Shown: in pieces, positions 24,244 through 36,047 of the stretch
Layout: each line of letters opens with the position of its first letter
Numbering within the stretch: position 1 is the stretch's first letter
Notes under the pieces: model-generated
Told to the model about the DNA's origin: nothing
Database searches by the model: none
What the model saw: the letters and a program-made list of their open reading frames with translations, nothing else
Made by a program: the position numbers and the translations under genes
Source of the DNA: Trichinella spiralis
Lineage: Eukaryota
DNA length: 61,202 nt
Assembly: GCF_000181795.1 (NCBI RefSeq)
Contig: NW_003526940.1
Location: 3,074,497 to 3,135,698 of the forward strand
Reading direction: 5' to 3'

Positions 24244-27200
24244 ATGGCCGACTTTCCGCCAGAGCGTAATTCGATTGAAAACAATGTTAGCAAGGATTCC
24301 GCGCCAGTTAACGGTCGTCCTGAAACTGGTGTCGAACAGCCCAATGGTGGCAGTGCTGACAATTCGAGAAATCAGTCGGCTAGAGATTCTGCTGCCGTTT
24401 GTGAAAATGTTTGGTTTTCTGATCAGCGTAGAAATTTGCTTGGAGGTACGATTTTTTATGCTTTAATCACAATTTTTTTCTTTATCGACTTGGCGATGCG
24501 ACTTTTTATCATGTCATTTTAGTTCTTCATTATTTTTTAATGTTGCTTCAGAATGTAACTTATGCTATACTTATGTAATGTAACTTAATTCATTATTAGG
24601 CATTTTAAAAATAACAGTTAAATTGTGATACTAGGTTTCAGAATTTCATGCACACCTGGATGAGTATAATTTTCTTTGATTTTGCTGTTTTTTATTTTTT
24701 TCCGCATACAGTGAAAACATAGATTGAATTGTTTTCACAGATAATTTGTACGGTTGAATAATTTATTTGTCATTTTGAGAGATCTTTATTACTATTATTT
24801 ATTTGATATTTTGTTTATCATAAGATTTGTTGTTTCTGATGTGTGAACATATCTATGTTCAAGCGAAGATATGCTTACGTGTTTGGTTTGGTTATTTGTG
24901 TTTTTCATCGTTAGTAGCAGAAAGGACATCTTTTGTTTGTTATTGCACGCTTAATGCATTGTTTTTATGAGCTGTAGGACGGTTCTTATCTACAGTCTGA
25001 CGCGAGGTTGCATTGCTTGTCAAATGTACGTGGTATTGAATTTTCTTCCATTGTCGTTGTGTATTTATAGACATATTTTCCATTTTATTTTTGTTTTACT
25101 TCTTTTTATTGTTATTAGTGATAATAATTTTCTGTATATTTTTATCTTTTCATTAATTGGTGACATTCAGTTGAATACAACGAATGCATGTATTAATTTG
25201 TTTGTGTTAGAATTGTGATTATCAATATATACTTATGACCTATTTGGAAAGTGGTTCGTTGATAATTATTATTTTTTGTTTAATTAGCAATTTTTAGTGT
25301 TCATTTTTGTTCACATGAAGGCCTTGTTTGCCAAGTAATGATTGAAAGCATTATAAATTTTCTCCATTACAATTTTATGCGCACACATTGTTATCCTTTG
25401 TTGAATATGTATAGTGTTTTCATGTAAGCAGTTATTTTCTGCTGCATAGTATTTGCTATATGTTTTTTAAGTATTATAGTTCATTACTTAATCTTGCTCG
25501 TGGGAAATGTCACTTTTTGTAGTAATGAAATATGTTTAGGTCACACGAACAATGCTGGGTCAACGATTGTTGGCATGAAACGATTGGATGAAGCCGAAGA
25601 AGTATTGTTTTGGTTTGATTGTAGTAAAAAACATTGATTTTCCCTTGTTTTTAGGCACAGTGCACTGGCACGGGTGATTTTCAGGATGCCAACATTTGGC
25701 CTGATCTGAATAGTTCTGCTCCGGTATCTACATTGATTTACTCCAAATTACTTTGAGTCACTGCATTTTAACTAACTTATTGAATAGTATTTTAACTAAT
25801 TTTAACCGCTGAAATGTTAACGTGGCATTCAGGGTGTTGTAGTTGATAATTTTTTTAATTATTAAGTAAAAAATGATTACTGTTTAATATATGTGAAGCT
25901 GTAGACGAAGGCTTTTTAGATTTGCATTTAGATGAAATTTTACTGTTTTGACAAGCAAGTTATGTTTTTGGCATTCTAATTTTTTAATATAGTATATTGT
26001 GAATTTGAAATGAATATTTGAAAAGACATTATATCTTTAAGGCAACTTGCGGTAAGAAGAGAATGAAAGAGAAAGAGCCGCAGGGATCAGTCGAAGCCAG
26101 CGTTGGAAATGGTGTTTCAAATAAATCGGAAGATCAGAATCGGAAAGCAAACAATCGTCCAAAGCGGGACCATTTTGTTGATGTGAATTTTCAGTATCCT
26201 TCAAGACGTTTTCAAAAGACGAAGCGATTTTGGCGAAACGGCCATTTTAATAGACAATACTACAACGATGCAGAAGGAAAGCATCAAAACAGTGGAAATG
26301 TTCCACAGGGAAAAGGTGGAAATTGGTCAGAAAGGGGAAACGGTCATCGTGGTACATACCGGAACAACAGTTATCGCAATGGAGAAAGCAGTCGTAATGG
26401 AGAAAGCAGTCGCAATGATGATGCGAAAAGTAGCACCGGCAATGATACCTGTCCCAGGGCTACGTTTCCTGGACGTCGTTATCGCGGCTCTAGAGGGCGT
26501 GGAAATTATTTTGATCGTTCCAAAACGAATACAAGTATGTTTGTTTTATTTTTAAAAATTTTCTATTTGATTTAGTTTTTTCTTTATATGCAAAATGTCT
26601 ATTTCAGATGCTCAGACGGAGACCGAAATGGATGACAATTTTGATTATGTTGAATTACTGGATAATCAAATGTACAATCAGTACGCTACTGTACCTGCAT
26701 ATTTGTATGATAGCACATTAACGCACGCCGTTGCTCTTCCGATTCCACATCGACCGGACTTGTACACACCTTGCATGCCCATAGATCCTAAGAACGGAGT
26801 ACTTTCTGATGCTATCGCAGTACCATTAGCAGGGCCGGCTGCATTGCACCCAGCGATTCCGTATGTTTATTCAAACCCGAATTCTCCATATTACGGTCCC
26901 ATGTCCGAAGATGTCCGCAAGGATCTAATTCGGAAACAAATGTACGACGCTTGTTTAAGTGAGATGGAATTATTGTTCAAATGCTCATTAACTTTTTTTA
27001 GTGAATATTATTTTTCATCCATTAATTTGGAATCAGATATTTTTCTTCGTCGTAAAATGGATAAGCATGGTTTTGTGTCAATTAATTGTATTTTGTCCTT
27101 TCGAAGAATTCAGTCGTTTACGACTGATGGTCAGTTGGTAGTTGAAGTGAGTTTTATTATTTTTTTAATTGCCTATTTATAAGTTTTCAAATTTAAAAAT

Positions 27201-29184
27201 AAAATACTTACTTAGGCACTTCGGGAGAGTGCGACAGTAGAAACTAATCGTAGTGGAACGAAAATTCGAGCACGGAACAATCCTGAACAGTGGCCTCTGC
27301 CTCCGCTCAACTCATCGACTGGGACCGATGTAGCAACTTTATTACAGGCTTCTTCTCAGGCCAGCAGTAGTGTTGCGGCAACAGCTGCGTACACCCAATG
27401 TGCCTTAGATTACTCGGATAAGGGCAATTCGATGCATAGAGCTAGTCAGACGTTGGATGGCAATTTAGCATCTGAAGTACAAAATCCTTACATGATATAT
27501 AAAATTATTTAGAATTATATTTCAAACAATTGAATTTTAGGAAGAAAATTATTTGTGCCGTTTTCAAGATGCCGTTAAAAGTGCGACAAAAAATGGCTCT
27601 TCTGACGATCACTTTGTGGACAATAATGGGGAAATGTAATTGTTTTTTTGAAAATATTTATCCGTGGCATTTGTAGTTTATTTTTGCATATTTATTTTAG
27701 CACGGAATCCGATTCAGAATCTGAATCGGAAGCAGAGGAATTTCCCGACGACGATTTGCCTCATCTGGTTGTGGTGACAAAATCGCCTCTTGCTGGTGCA
27801 AAACGTCGTGAAGATGCAAAAGCTGCGATTGCAGCGGAGGAGCCAATGCTTTCTGACGAAAAGGCCAGAGAAGTCGACCAAGCTCTTCACGCATTCGAAT
27901 GTTTTTTGTGGGGAACGTTGCCGGATGTATGAATATATATATATATATATATATATCAGTAAAGAAATAAATATATATAATTAATTGTTTGTTTGTAGAA
28001 AAACTCGATTTTGAACAAGAAATATTCAAATGAAATAGAATCTGTTTCCAAGGAAATAGAAAATTTGGAATTGGACAGTGCTCGATCGTCGTCGCCTGAC
28101 GTGAATAGCGTTAGAATGAATGAAATGGCGTCGAATCCAAAAAGCCCGGTCGGCCAACGAGAAAACAAGCAGGGTCAACGTTTTTTAAGATTCTACTCGG
28201 AAATCAAAAAGCCTCCAATTAAGCCGAACAATTTGAAAAAACGAAAAACACGTTACAGTTCCAATCCACCGATTGAACAGCCGGTAGGTTGGCTGATGGA
28301 TTCGATGATAGTCGGTACAACTGCTGCAAACGGGTCTTTGCCTTGCGATGGGACAAAAGAGACCGAGAACAATTTTTGGTTTCGTCCCATTGCCGTCCAC
28401 CCGTCGGTTAAACTTTTGCAAGAAAATGGTTTCGTACCAGAAGTTTACTCGGAATGGAAACGGCGTTGTCTTCAAAGTGAGCTTTACTTTTTATTTATTT
28501 ATTTAAATTTGGGTTGTTTATATTATTCTTTTTATTATTTTTTTTGTTTCAGTGCGATTGCACTGCGGTTTTGGTAATACGGAAACGAACACGTTGTATC
28601 GTTTTTGGTCATTTTTTCTTCGTGAGCATTTCAATCGTGGCATGTATTTGGAATTCAAACGGCTCGTCACTGAAGAAGCGAAAGTCGGCATTCGGTATGT
28701 CAAATAATAGAAATTAAAAAATAATTATATTCTGTGGGGGAAAATTAAAATTGAAATTTTCTTTTACAGATTCGGTTTGGAATGTCTTTTTCGTTTTTAC
28801 ACTTATGGACTGCAGCATAAGTTCCGGCCGGACGTTTATCTCGACTTCATGGCAGAAGTGAAAGCTGACGTTGCGCGAAGAGAATTGTATGGTTTGGAAA
28901 AGTTTTGGGCTTTTCTGAAATATTACAAAAAATCACGACGGCTTGTGATTGACCCTGATTTGGAGCAGAGATTGAAAAAATACAAAAAGCTTATGGATTT
29001 TAACGGAGATGTAAGCCGATTTTTTTTTAGTTTTTCATGTTTATTTCAAATTGCTGCAAATATTTATTATTAATATTAGTTAATGATTTTTTTGATGTAG
29101 TCTGCTCAAGCTGCTCGGAATGAACTAGAAGTTGAAACTGCTCTTGCCAACGTTCAGTGCCAGCAGAAGCAGCAGCAGCAGTAA
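24244..29184 (+). CDS. LARP1: La-related protein 1 (La motif + DM15 repeats), multi-exon
   Basis: DFQDANIWP motif and RG-rich region. La motif [24 protein letters not shown]...F..I..F.RI. DM15 region [53 protein letters not shown]. Ends QQKQQQQ-TAA at 29184. Confidence 0.93.
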
Positions 29185-30462
29185 GCAGCAAATGAAAAAA
29201 AGGTTCTAGTGAAACGGATCTTATTATTTTTTGTCCTTTTTTGAAGAAGAGAGTTATGAAATGGTTTCAGTGGTTTTTTTTCATTTGAAATTCTATCCTA
29301 TTTTTATATTCATTAACCAGAAATGGTTTGCAGTGTAACCAGAAGTGGTTTCAATGTGTTGTGCATTGTATTACAATTTTTGCATAAAAACATTTTCTTG
29401 TCTGCATTTTTACAGCATCATATACGTTGTTGCTGTCATTTTTGGTTTTTATGCGTTTCATCAGTTGCACATTTTTTGCGAATGTTATTTGTTGTCATTA
29501 TTATTAGTTTTTTATTTCTTTCTTTTTATATTATCACTATTGGTGAAAAGACTGTTTTCATGTGGTGCGGATCCAGTTGCCATTGGTTACGGAAATGGTG
29601 AATTATGCTTCCGAAGTTTACCGGTTGCCGCAAGTTTCTTCATTTCTTCATTTGGCTATGTATTTATTTTTTTTTCTTTTCTCTTTATTTCGAAAGCGAA
29701 GCATTTCTGCTCAATGAAATTGCACAGCAAAAGATACGCATATCTATATCTACCTTATATCTATAAAATATACCCCAGGCGAAAGGTACATCGATGATGA
29801 TAACTTGGGAAAAGAGGATATTTTGTTATTTTGTCGCTTCACTGACTCGATTTTTTTTATTGCGCGTGTTGTTTTTCATCAATTAACACCAAGTAGTTTG
29901 TGCTTTCATCGAGTTGGTTGCAATTTCTGGTCGTTGAATTTATCCCTATCCGCCCTCCCATCTGAGTACTATCTTCTATTGAGCTCACGTATCAGTACTG
30001 TTTTTTTTCTTCTTTTATCGCATTCTTCATATGAATGAAATTGCTGTAATGATTTTTTTTCAACTATTTTAGAAATTAAAATAAATAAAAAAATTTATTA
30101 TGGTACATTTGTTGTTATATTGGTCGGTGAACAGTTTTGTTCATTGTCGTTCCTCTTGTTGATGTAAATTTTGAATTAACCAACTTGGCATCTTCTTTTG
30201 CACGTTATGTAATATATGCCACAATTCGATGATTAATTACGTCACGTGGAAATTCAAGAGTTGCGAAAAAAATTATTAACACCAAAACAGCATAAATTAG
30301 CATGGTGCAGGATGCTAAATTAAATTTGTATTATTAAAAAAGCTAGGAACATCTGATAACGGTAAATATTGCATTCAAGTTCTTTAACCAATTTTAGTTT
30401 ACTCTGGTATAGGATGAAGAAAGCTTCGAGAAAATGATGCGCAAAAGGTTTTGTCACCGGTC

Positions 30463-30595
30463 CCATGTCCTCTTCGGTCCCACTGTTCATTTATTGGTTG
30501 TTGACCTCGCTATCCTATTAGACTGTAAAGTCTTTGTCGTATTGGTTTTCCTTGTCTAATTGCTCCTTGATTATAAACCTTTCCCCTTGTGATTA
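30463..30595 (+). mobile_element. MULE-type terminal inverted repeat fragment
   Basis: TTCGGTCCCACTGTTCA...GTCGTATTGGTTTTCCTTGTCTAATTGCTC...TTGTGATTA is the reverse complement of 33600-33771. It runs into an N gap. Confidence 0.7.
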
Positions 30596-30943
30596 NNNNN
30601 NNNNNACATTCTTCGCTTTTCTCGTCACATTACGAAAGTTGGGAAAGGCGATTTTAATACAAAGGGAAAATGCACAAGTGACAAATTTTTCACAGTTGCA
30701 GCTTTCCAACTAAACCAAGGAGTGACAACTACTAAATTGTCAGCATCTGATTAATTTCTTGATTTTACTGGGAGTGTTCTATTTAAATCTTTCTTGTTTA
30801 CAATCTAAGAATTTTACTTTAATATTTACAAAGTTTCCTTCATTACGAAACAAACATCCATATATATTTTTTTATACATGTCGATGAGGTTTGTGGTTTG
30901 TATGAAAAATCCTGCTTGACGTTCATACATTTCATATAAAATA

Positions 30944-31073
30944 CAGTCCAACTTGATTAAGTGCATAAGATTTTGGCCGAAAAAAATTCTCTGTAGTTAA
31001 TTATGTTCTAAAATGATGGATAAGTGCATGGAAATTCTTTCGAAACCCCTCCTCACTTAACCAAGTTCAAATG
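30944..31073 (+). mobile_element. Tc1/mariner-pogo-like element terminus
   Basis: TA|CAGTCCAACTTGATTAAGTGCA start (TA target plus CAGT). A closely similar sequence (TAAGTGCATAAGATTTTGGCCGAAAAAAATT...GGATAAGTGCATG) recurs at ~61100-61202. Confidence 0.55.
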
Positions 31074-32230
31074 TAATTGGAAATTCAACATCCNNNNNNN
31101 NNNGCGCGAAAAAAAAAAATTTTTTTTTCGGTGTGGTTTTAATTTAAAACCAATTAAAAAATGAAGTGGGAAAGGTGGCCGGGGGAAGATTTCTTTTTGG
31201 AAAATTTCCCATGGCTTCCATTTTACCCCAAGGTTTCAAAAGGGTAAATGGGGAAATTTCAACCATCCCAACCCGGTTCGAGTTTCCCTTCTTAAGGGGG
31301 TTGGGGTTTGGATGGGGGGAATTTTTTTAAGGTATTTTTGGTTTTCCACTGAAAATATTACATTGAAAAGGGTTGGCAAATGGGAAAAGGAAAAATTAGG
31401 TGGCAATTAAATGGTTCACCAACGCATTAGTCGGTTTGGTTTGGGGATGTAAAAATAGAAAGTTTTCAATTTACACCAAATATATAAATAATTTTGTTTT
31501 TTGATTTGTAAATAATATTGCAGATTTTTAATTTTTTATTTAAATAAAATATACGAAGGAAAACAATAACACTGACGAAAGAGGTAAAAACTTTCTGAAG
31601 TTAAAAGTAAAATTCTTTGATTGCTATCAGGAACAGATTTTCAGAGAACAGTCAGCTTGAAATTAGAAAAGTATTTAAATGCTAACAAATTAACAGTTGC
31701 CATGCCTAGTTTTAGCTGACAACTGCAGCTGTGGACAATTCATCACTTGTTGATTTTTCCATTGTATTACAATCGCCTTTAGTTAATCATCAGAATATTT
31801 TCTGACATAAATCTCATTTAATTGCTAGCTGAAACATAATTTATTTGATGAACTCAGATAAATCAGTGTAAAACATTTTGAAAGCAGAAAGGAAGCGATG
31901 GACAGCACGAAGCAGAATAGCAGTTAAAGCTGCTTCAAATTCACTCTGCAGTGGACATCACGTTCTTCGGTGTTAGCATTTGTGCGCCATTTGTGTGTGA
32001 TTAATTTTATTCTGTCAGTATCAACAAAAGGCATTAGTGCCACAAGGAATATCAGAAGGTGATCTTCGATTGTAGATAAAATGTGAAATGAAAACTAAAT
32101 ATTGTTGCAAAATGGTTATTTAAAATGAAATTCAAAACTGTCCAGTTTATTTGCATTTTTGGTGTTGAGTTTGAGTTCAGAGCTTTGCGTTCCAGAGTTA
32201 TTCGAATCATTTTCTATTCTGTTCCTTGTT

Positions 32231-33257
32231 ATGGCTCGGTACCCTGAGTTACATCTTGTACCAAATCGTTGCGGGATTTGGTCCAATTCGGTGGTATGGT
32301 AGGCAGGATATATAAATTAAAACGTGCCCGCAAACAGAAATATTGGAGGTGTTCAAAAGTATGCGCTGAATGTACAGCATGTGTTCCTAGTTATTAACAA
32401 TTACTTTATTTTGGTATAGGATAAAGAAGGCTGCGGGGGTGCAGTGTGGACAGATTTAGAAGTTCCGGCTGGGATCGATCGAAAAGATCACGTTGAAACC
32501 TGCCGGGTAGATGAGCACCTGGCCTATATAGACTGATGGCAACCGTAAAAACTTGGGATACGGATGGTACATTCAAGGTTGTACCAATGATGCCAGTAGC
32601 ATTTTACCATCCATGAAATTGTGGCAAGTAAGCTGGTGCCAGTAGACTGTTGCTATGTACGGTTAAAGATATTGGCAAATAAGAGTTTATTTTTCAAGCT
32701 TCAATAAACAAAGCGGCTGTCCTTAGCGTCAATCTTTATCCACAAGCAATAATTTGTAGTTTTGAAATCGCCCTGATACCACTTTGTTAATGTCGTTCAC
32801 TGATATGTTGTTTATTATTGTTGTTGTTAGTACTGTTGGCTAGTGAAAAATAAAAATCGCTAGTTAACTTATTTTTTGTATTGTTTTTTCTGAATTATTA
32901 CTATCGCATTTGATATAACGTCACTTTGGTACAATAAAATATAGAATAATGATAAAAATTATTTTCGGGAATGCTAATCATGAAAAAGTATAAACTTCAC
33001 CAAAAATAATATATTTAAATAAACAAAATTTCAATGAATGACAGAACTTCAAACAGACAATAAAATTTTGGAATAATAAATATTCCCATTTTTTATGTTA
33101 CGTCACTACTATTAAAGTTACGTAATTCTAAATGGAATATTTGAACCAATGAAATGAAAAAATATTACAGCTAATCACAAAGGAAGGATTTGAATCAATG
33201 AGCAATTAGGCAAGGAAAACCAATACGACAAAGACTTGACGGCCCAATAAAAGAAAA
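32231..33257 (+). mobile_element. Internally deleted FLYWCH-type Mutator-like (MULE) element
   Basis: From ATG 32231: MARYPELHLVPNRCG.../GRIYKLKRARKQKYWRCSK|intron|DKEGCGGAVWTDLEV...DHVETC (FLYWCH zinc finger). 32990-33117 is the reverse complement of the MULE 3' region at 60526-60660. A TIR-type segment lies at 33165-33257. Confidence 0.75.
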
Positions 33258-33499
33258 NNNNNNNNNNGTGAATTCCGGCCGCAACGATTCTCCGTGAGGT
33301 TTTTTTCCTTCGTCTTCCGTTCTCTGGGGGCGTGGGACCTGAAGAACGATGCCTTGCTCCAATGGATAGGTGCTGTCTCCCAAAGGTTATTGTCGCTCAT
33401 GCTAGATGCTAAAATGTTGGAACTTTCCCACGAATCTAATAATTATACCTCCACCTGTTAGACCTTCGCCCCAACTCCGGACCATATCTGCGATTGTGT

Positions 33500-33771
33500 A
33501 ATACGACGGATTCCCATTTTTTATGTGATGATCTCCGTATTAAAGATCGCAATTCCACAATGGATAATTTGACCCGTGGACATGGCCTGATATTACAGCT
33601 AATCACAAAGGAAGGATTTGAATCAATGAGCAATTAGACAAGGAAAACCAATACGACAAAGACTTGACGGCCCAATAAAAGGAAAACCAATACGACAAAG
33701 ATTTGACGGTCCAATAAAATAACGTGGTCAGCGACCAATAAGTGAACAGTGGGACCGAAGGCGAACATCCC
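33500..33771 (+). mobile_element. Second MULE 3' end/TIR with a 39-bp tandem duplication
   Basis: Direct copy of 33165-33257. Unit GGAAAACCAATACGACAAAGACTTGACGGCCCAATAAAA occurs at 33642 and 33681. Terminates in CATCCC (GGGATG on minus) at 33771. Confidence 0.7.
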
Positions 33772-34251
33772 GAAAAATACTTTTGTATTGTAAAAGTTTA
33801 TGATGAAAATATTTTGACTAATAAAAAGTGAAATATTGCAGCCATTCACAGATGGAAATTATTAGCTAATGAAATGCTGAGCTGTGTACGCAAATGAATG
33901 GCATTTATATGGTATAGATGAACAAAGAACCCTTTGAACCAATCAATAGATTAAAAGATCGGGCCAATGGGAGAACGCAATCGAAAAAATTTCCCCTATT
34001 ATAGTATCCCTAGAATTTTTATTTCATTTTTTAATTTTTATCAAAAGTAAGTTTTATTTTTAAGTGCGATATTTCATTATAATTTTTCTAAAAATATAAT
34101 ACAATATCAGGCTTCCTGCAATCAATAAAAAATTTCACATATGTTACTTGATTATTTTTTCATCTGTAAGATAATCATTTTTCTGATCAGAATTAGTGCG
34201 TTGTCTTTAATTTTGTCGTACGTTTTATATATTCTTCAGTTTGGAGCTCTG

Positions 34252-36047
34252 ATGGAAGAAGAATCGATTGTCGATAAGCCACCATTTATCTTCCGTCTCT
34301 GCAAAACTATCTCTCAGGTGAATGAACAGGCTTAGCTTACGTGTACCATTTTTGTAAGGTCTTTTTATTTTATTTTCCTTTTAATGACTGATGAATGTAT
34401 CACATTTTATTCTTGTATTAAACATTTATTTTTTGCGTACATTTTGTAATAAATCTTAAACTATTAAATTTTGTGTGTAATGTCCGTGTAATAGTGTTAT
34501 TATTAAATATCAAAGTAGTGTGATTAATTTGTGAATTACGTTTTTTCAGTTTATAAATTTAAATAGGTAGTTTTCAGGAATAAAATTTTCATGTTCTCGA
34601 TGTAAACCATATGAATAAATAAAAGTTTTATCATAACTGTGCTCTTTTATATGAAAATATTATTTTACTTAGACTGTTTGTGATCGCGTTACATGCAAGG
34701 CAATGTTTTATGATGAAACATTTACTCTTTTGTTTCATTTTTATAAAAAGCGGTTGAAATTCTTTGTATTTATTAATAATTATTGTTGAAGATCCTTTAT
34801 TGAAAATTACAGCAGTGGGTGAACAGGACTAATGAAAAATTCCATATACATTTTGAATTTTGTATTTAAAGATTTAGAATATTATATATATATTTTTTGT
34901 TTATGATGTAGTATAATATGGAAATTAGATTCATAGTATAAGGTATTCTTTGAATTTTGAAGGATCTTATGTTATGATAACTTGGCGCAATTTGTATTTA
35001 AAGTTAATGCATGCTTATTCAACGTGCTACAGTAATTTATGTTAAAAGTTGCTCTAGGATATTTTGAAAAATTAATTTAAAAGTATCTGAATAATAGTTT
35101 ATTATTATTATTATTAATTAAAGAAAAGTGATATCGTGCAGTTAACAAGAATGCGTTTTTTTGTATCGTTTGAAATGTGAAATGGGCATTTTCAGTAAAT
35201 TAGCTATCTGTCTATCAAATTTGACTGTCTTTTTTCTAATTTTAAAGGCATTTTCCGATGATGAATATTAATATATTTTTTTTTATTTAGAGATATCAGT
35301 CTTTCCTTGATCACTGGACCCCGTACACTCTTGTTCGATGGATTTTTACGGTATTCCTTGGCTTTTTATACATGCTTAGGATAATCTACGTTCAAGTGAG
35401 TGAAAAATGATAATGCTTTTAGTTATGTAAAACAAGATTCAACTTTAGGGATATTACATTGTCACGTACGCATTAGGTATTTATTATTTGAACTTGCTCA
35501 TTGCATTTTTGTCACCGAAAATAGATCCTGCGTTTGCTGCTGAAGAGGGTGAGTGATTGGGGGTTTTAATCCATAATATGACGAGGTGGAATTTGTTTTG
35601 CTAGAATTTGAAGATGGACCATCGCTTCCAACGAGTTCAAAAGAAGAATTCAGACCTTTCATGCGACGCTTGCCAGAATTTAAATTTTGGTAGTTTTTTT
35701 ACCTAAGTCGATTGATTTATCCGTCGCTAAACATTTCGCAATATAGGCATGCTGCAACTAAAGCAGTTATTTTTGCGTTTTGTTGCACGTTTATTGAAGC
35801 GTTTGATATTCCAGTCTTTTGGCCAATACTGGTAGTCTATTTCATTATTTTGTTTTGCTTGACCATGAAACGTCAGATTAAGGTATGCTTGTTGGGTAGC
35901 AGTGCTAAAAAAGAATTTTTTTTTTGTTTAATACTGAAAGTATATTTGTAGCACATGATCAAATATCGTTACGTTCCGTTCTCTTTTGGGAAACCTAGAC
36001 ACACTGGCAAAGCGTCTCAAGGTGGCCAAGCTTTTCAAAGCAAGTAG
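34252..36047 (+). CDS. RER1: Protein RER1 (Golgi-to-ER retrieval receptor), multi-exon
   Basis: [93 protein letters not shown] at 36045-36047. Confidence 0.96.

Noticed and set aside
26375..26417. 18-bp tandem repeat in LARP1 (RNGESS x2)
   Set aside because: Ordinary slippage duplication in a disordered region.
29323..30038. Hydrophobic ORFs of 77-150 aa after LARP1
   Set aside because: T-rich 3' UTR sequence produces Phe/Leu/Cys-rich pseudo-ORFs. No splice structure or motifs.
31270..31290. GGTTCGAG T-loop-like motif suggesting a tRNA
   Set aside because: No cloverleaf stems, and it lies in a low-quality segment.
33642..33719. 39-bp direct repeats resembling a CRISPR array
   Set aside because: Tandem units without spacers, inside a MULE TIR, in a eukaryotic genome with no cas genes.
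30463..33771. Single 3.3-kb Pack-MULE bounded by the outer TIRs
   Set aside because: No matching target-site duplication is visible at the flanks, the left TIR is degenerate and three gaps intervene.
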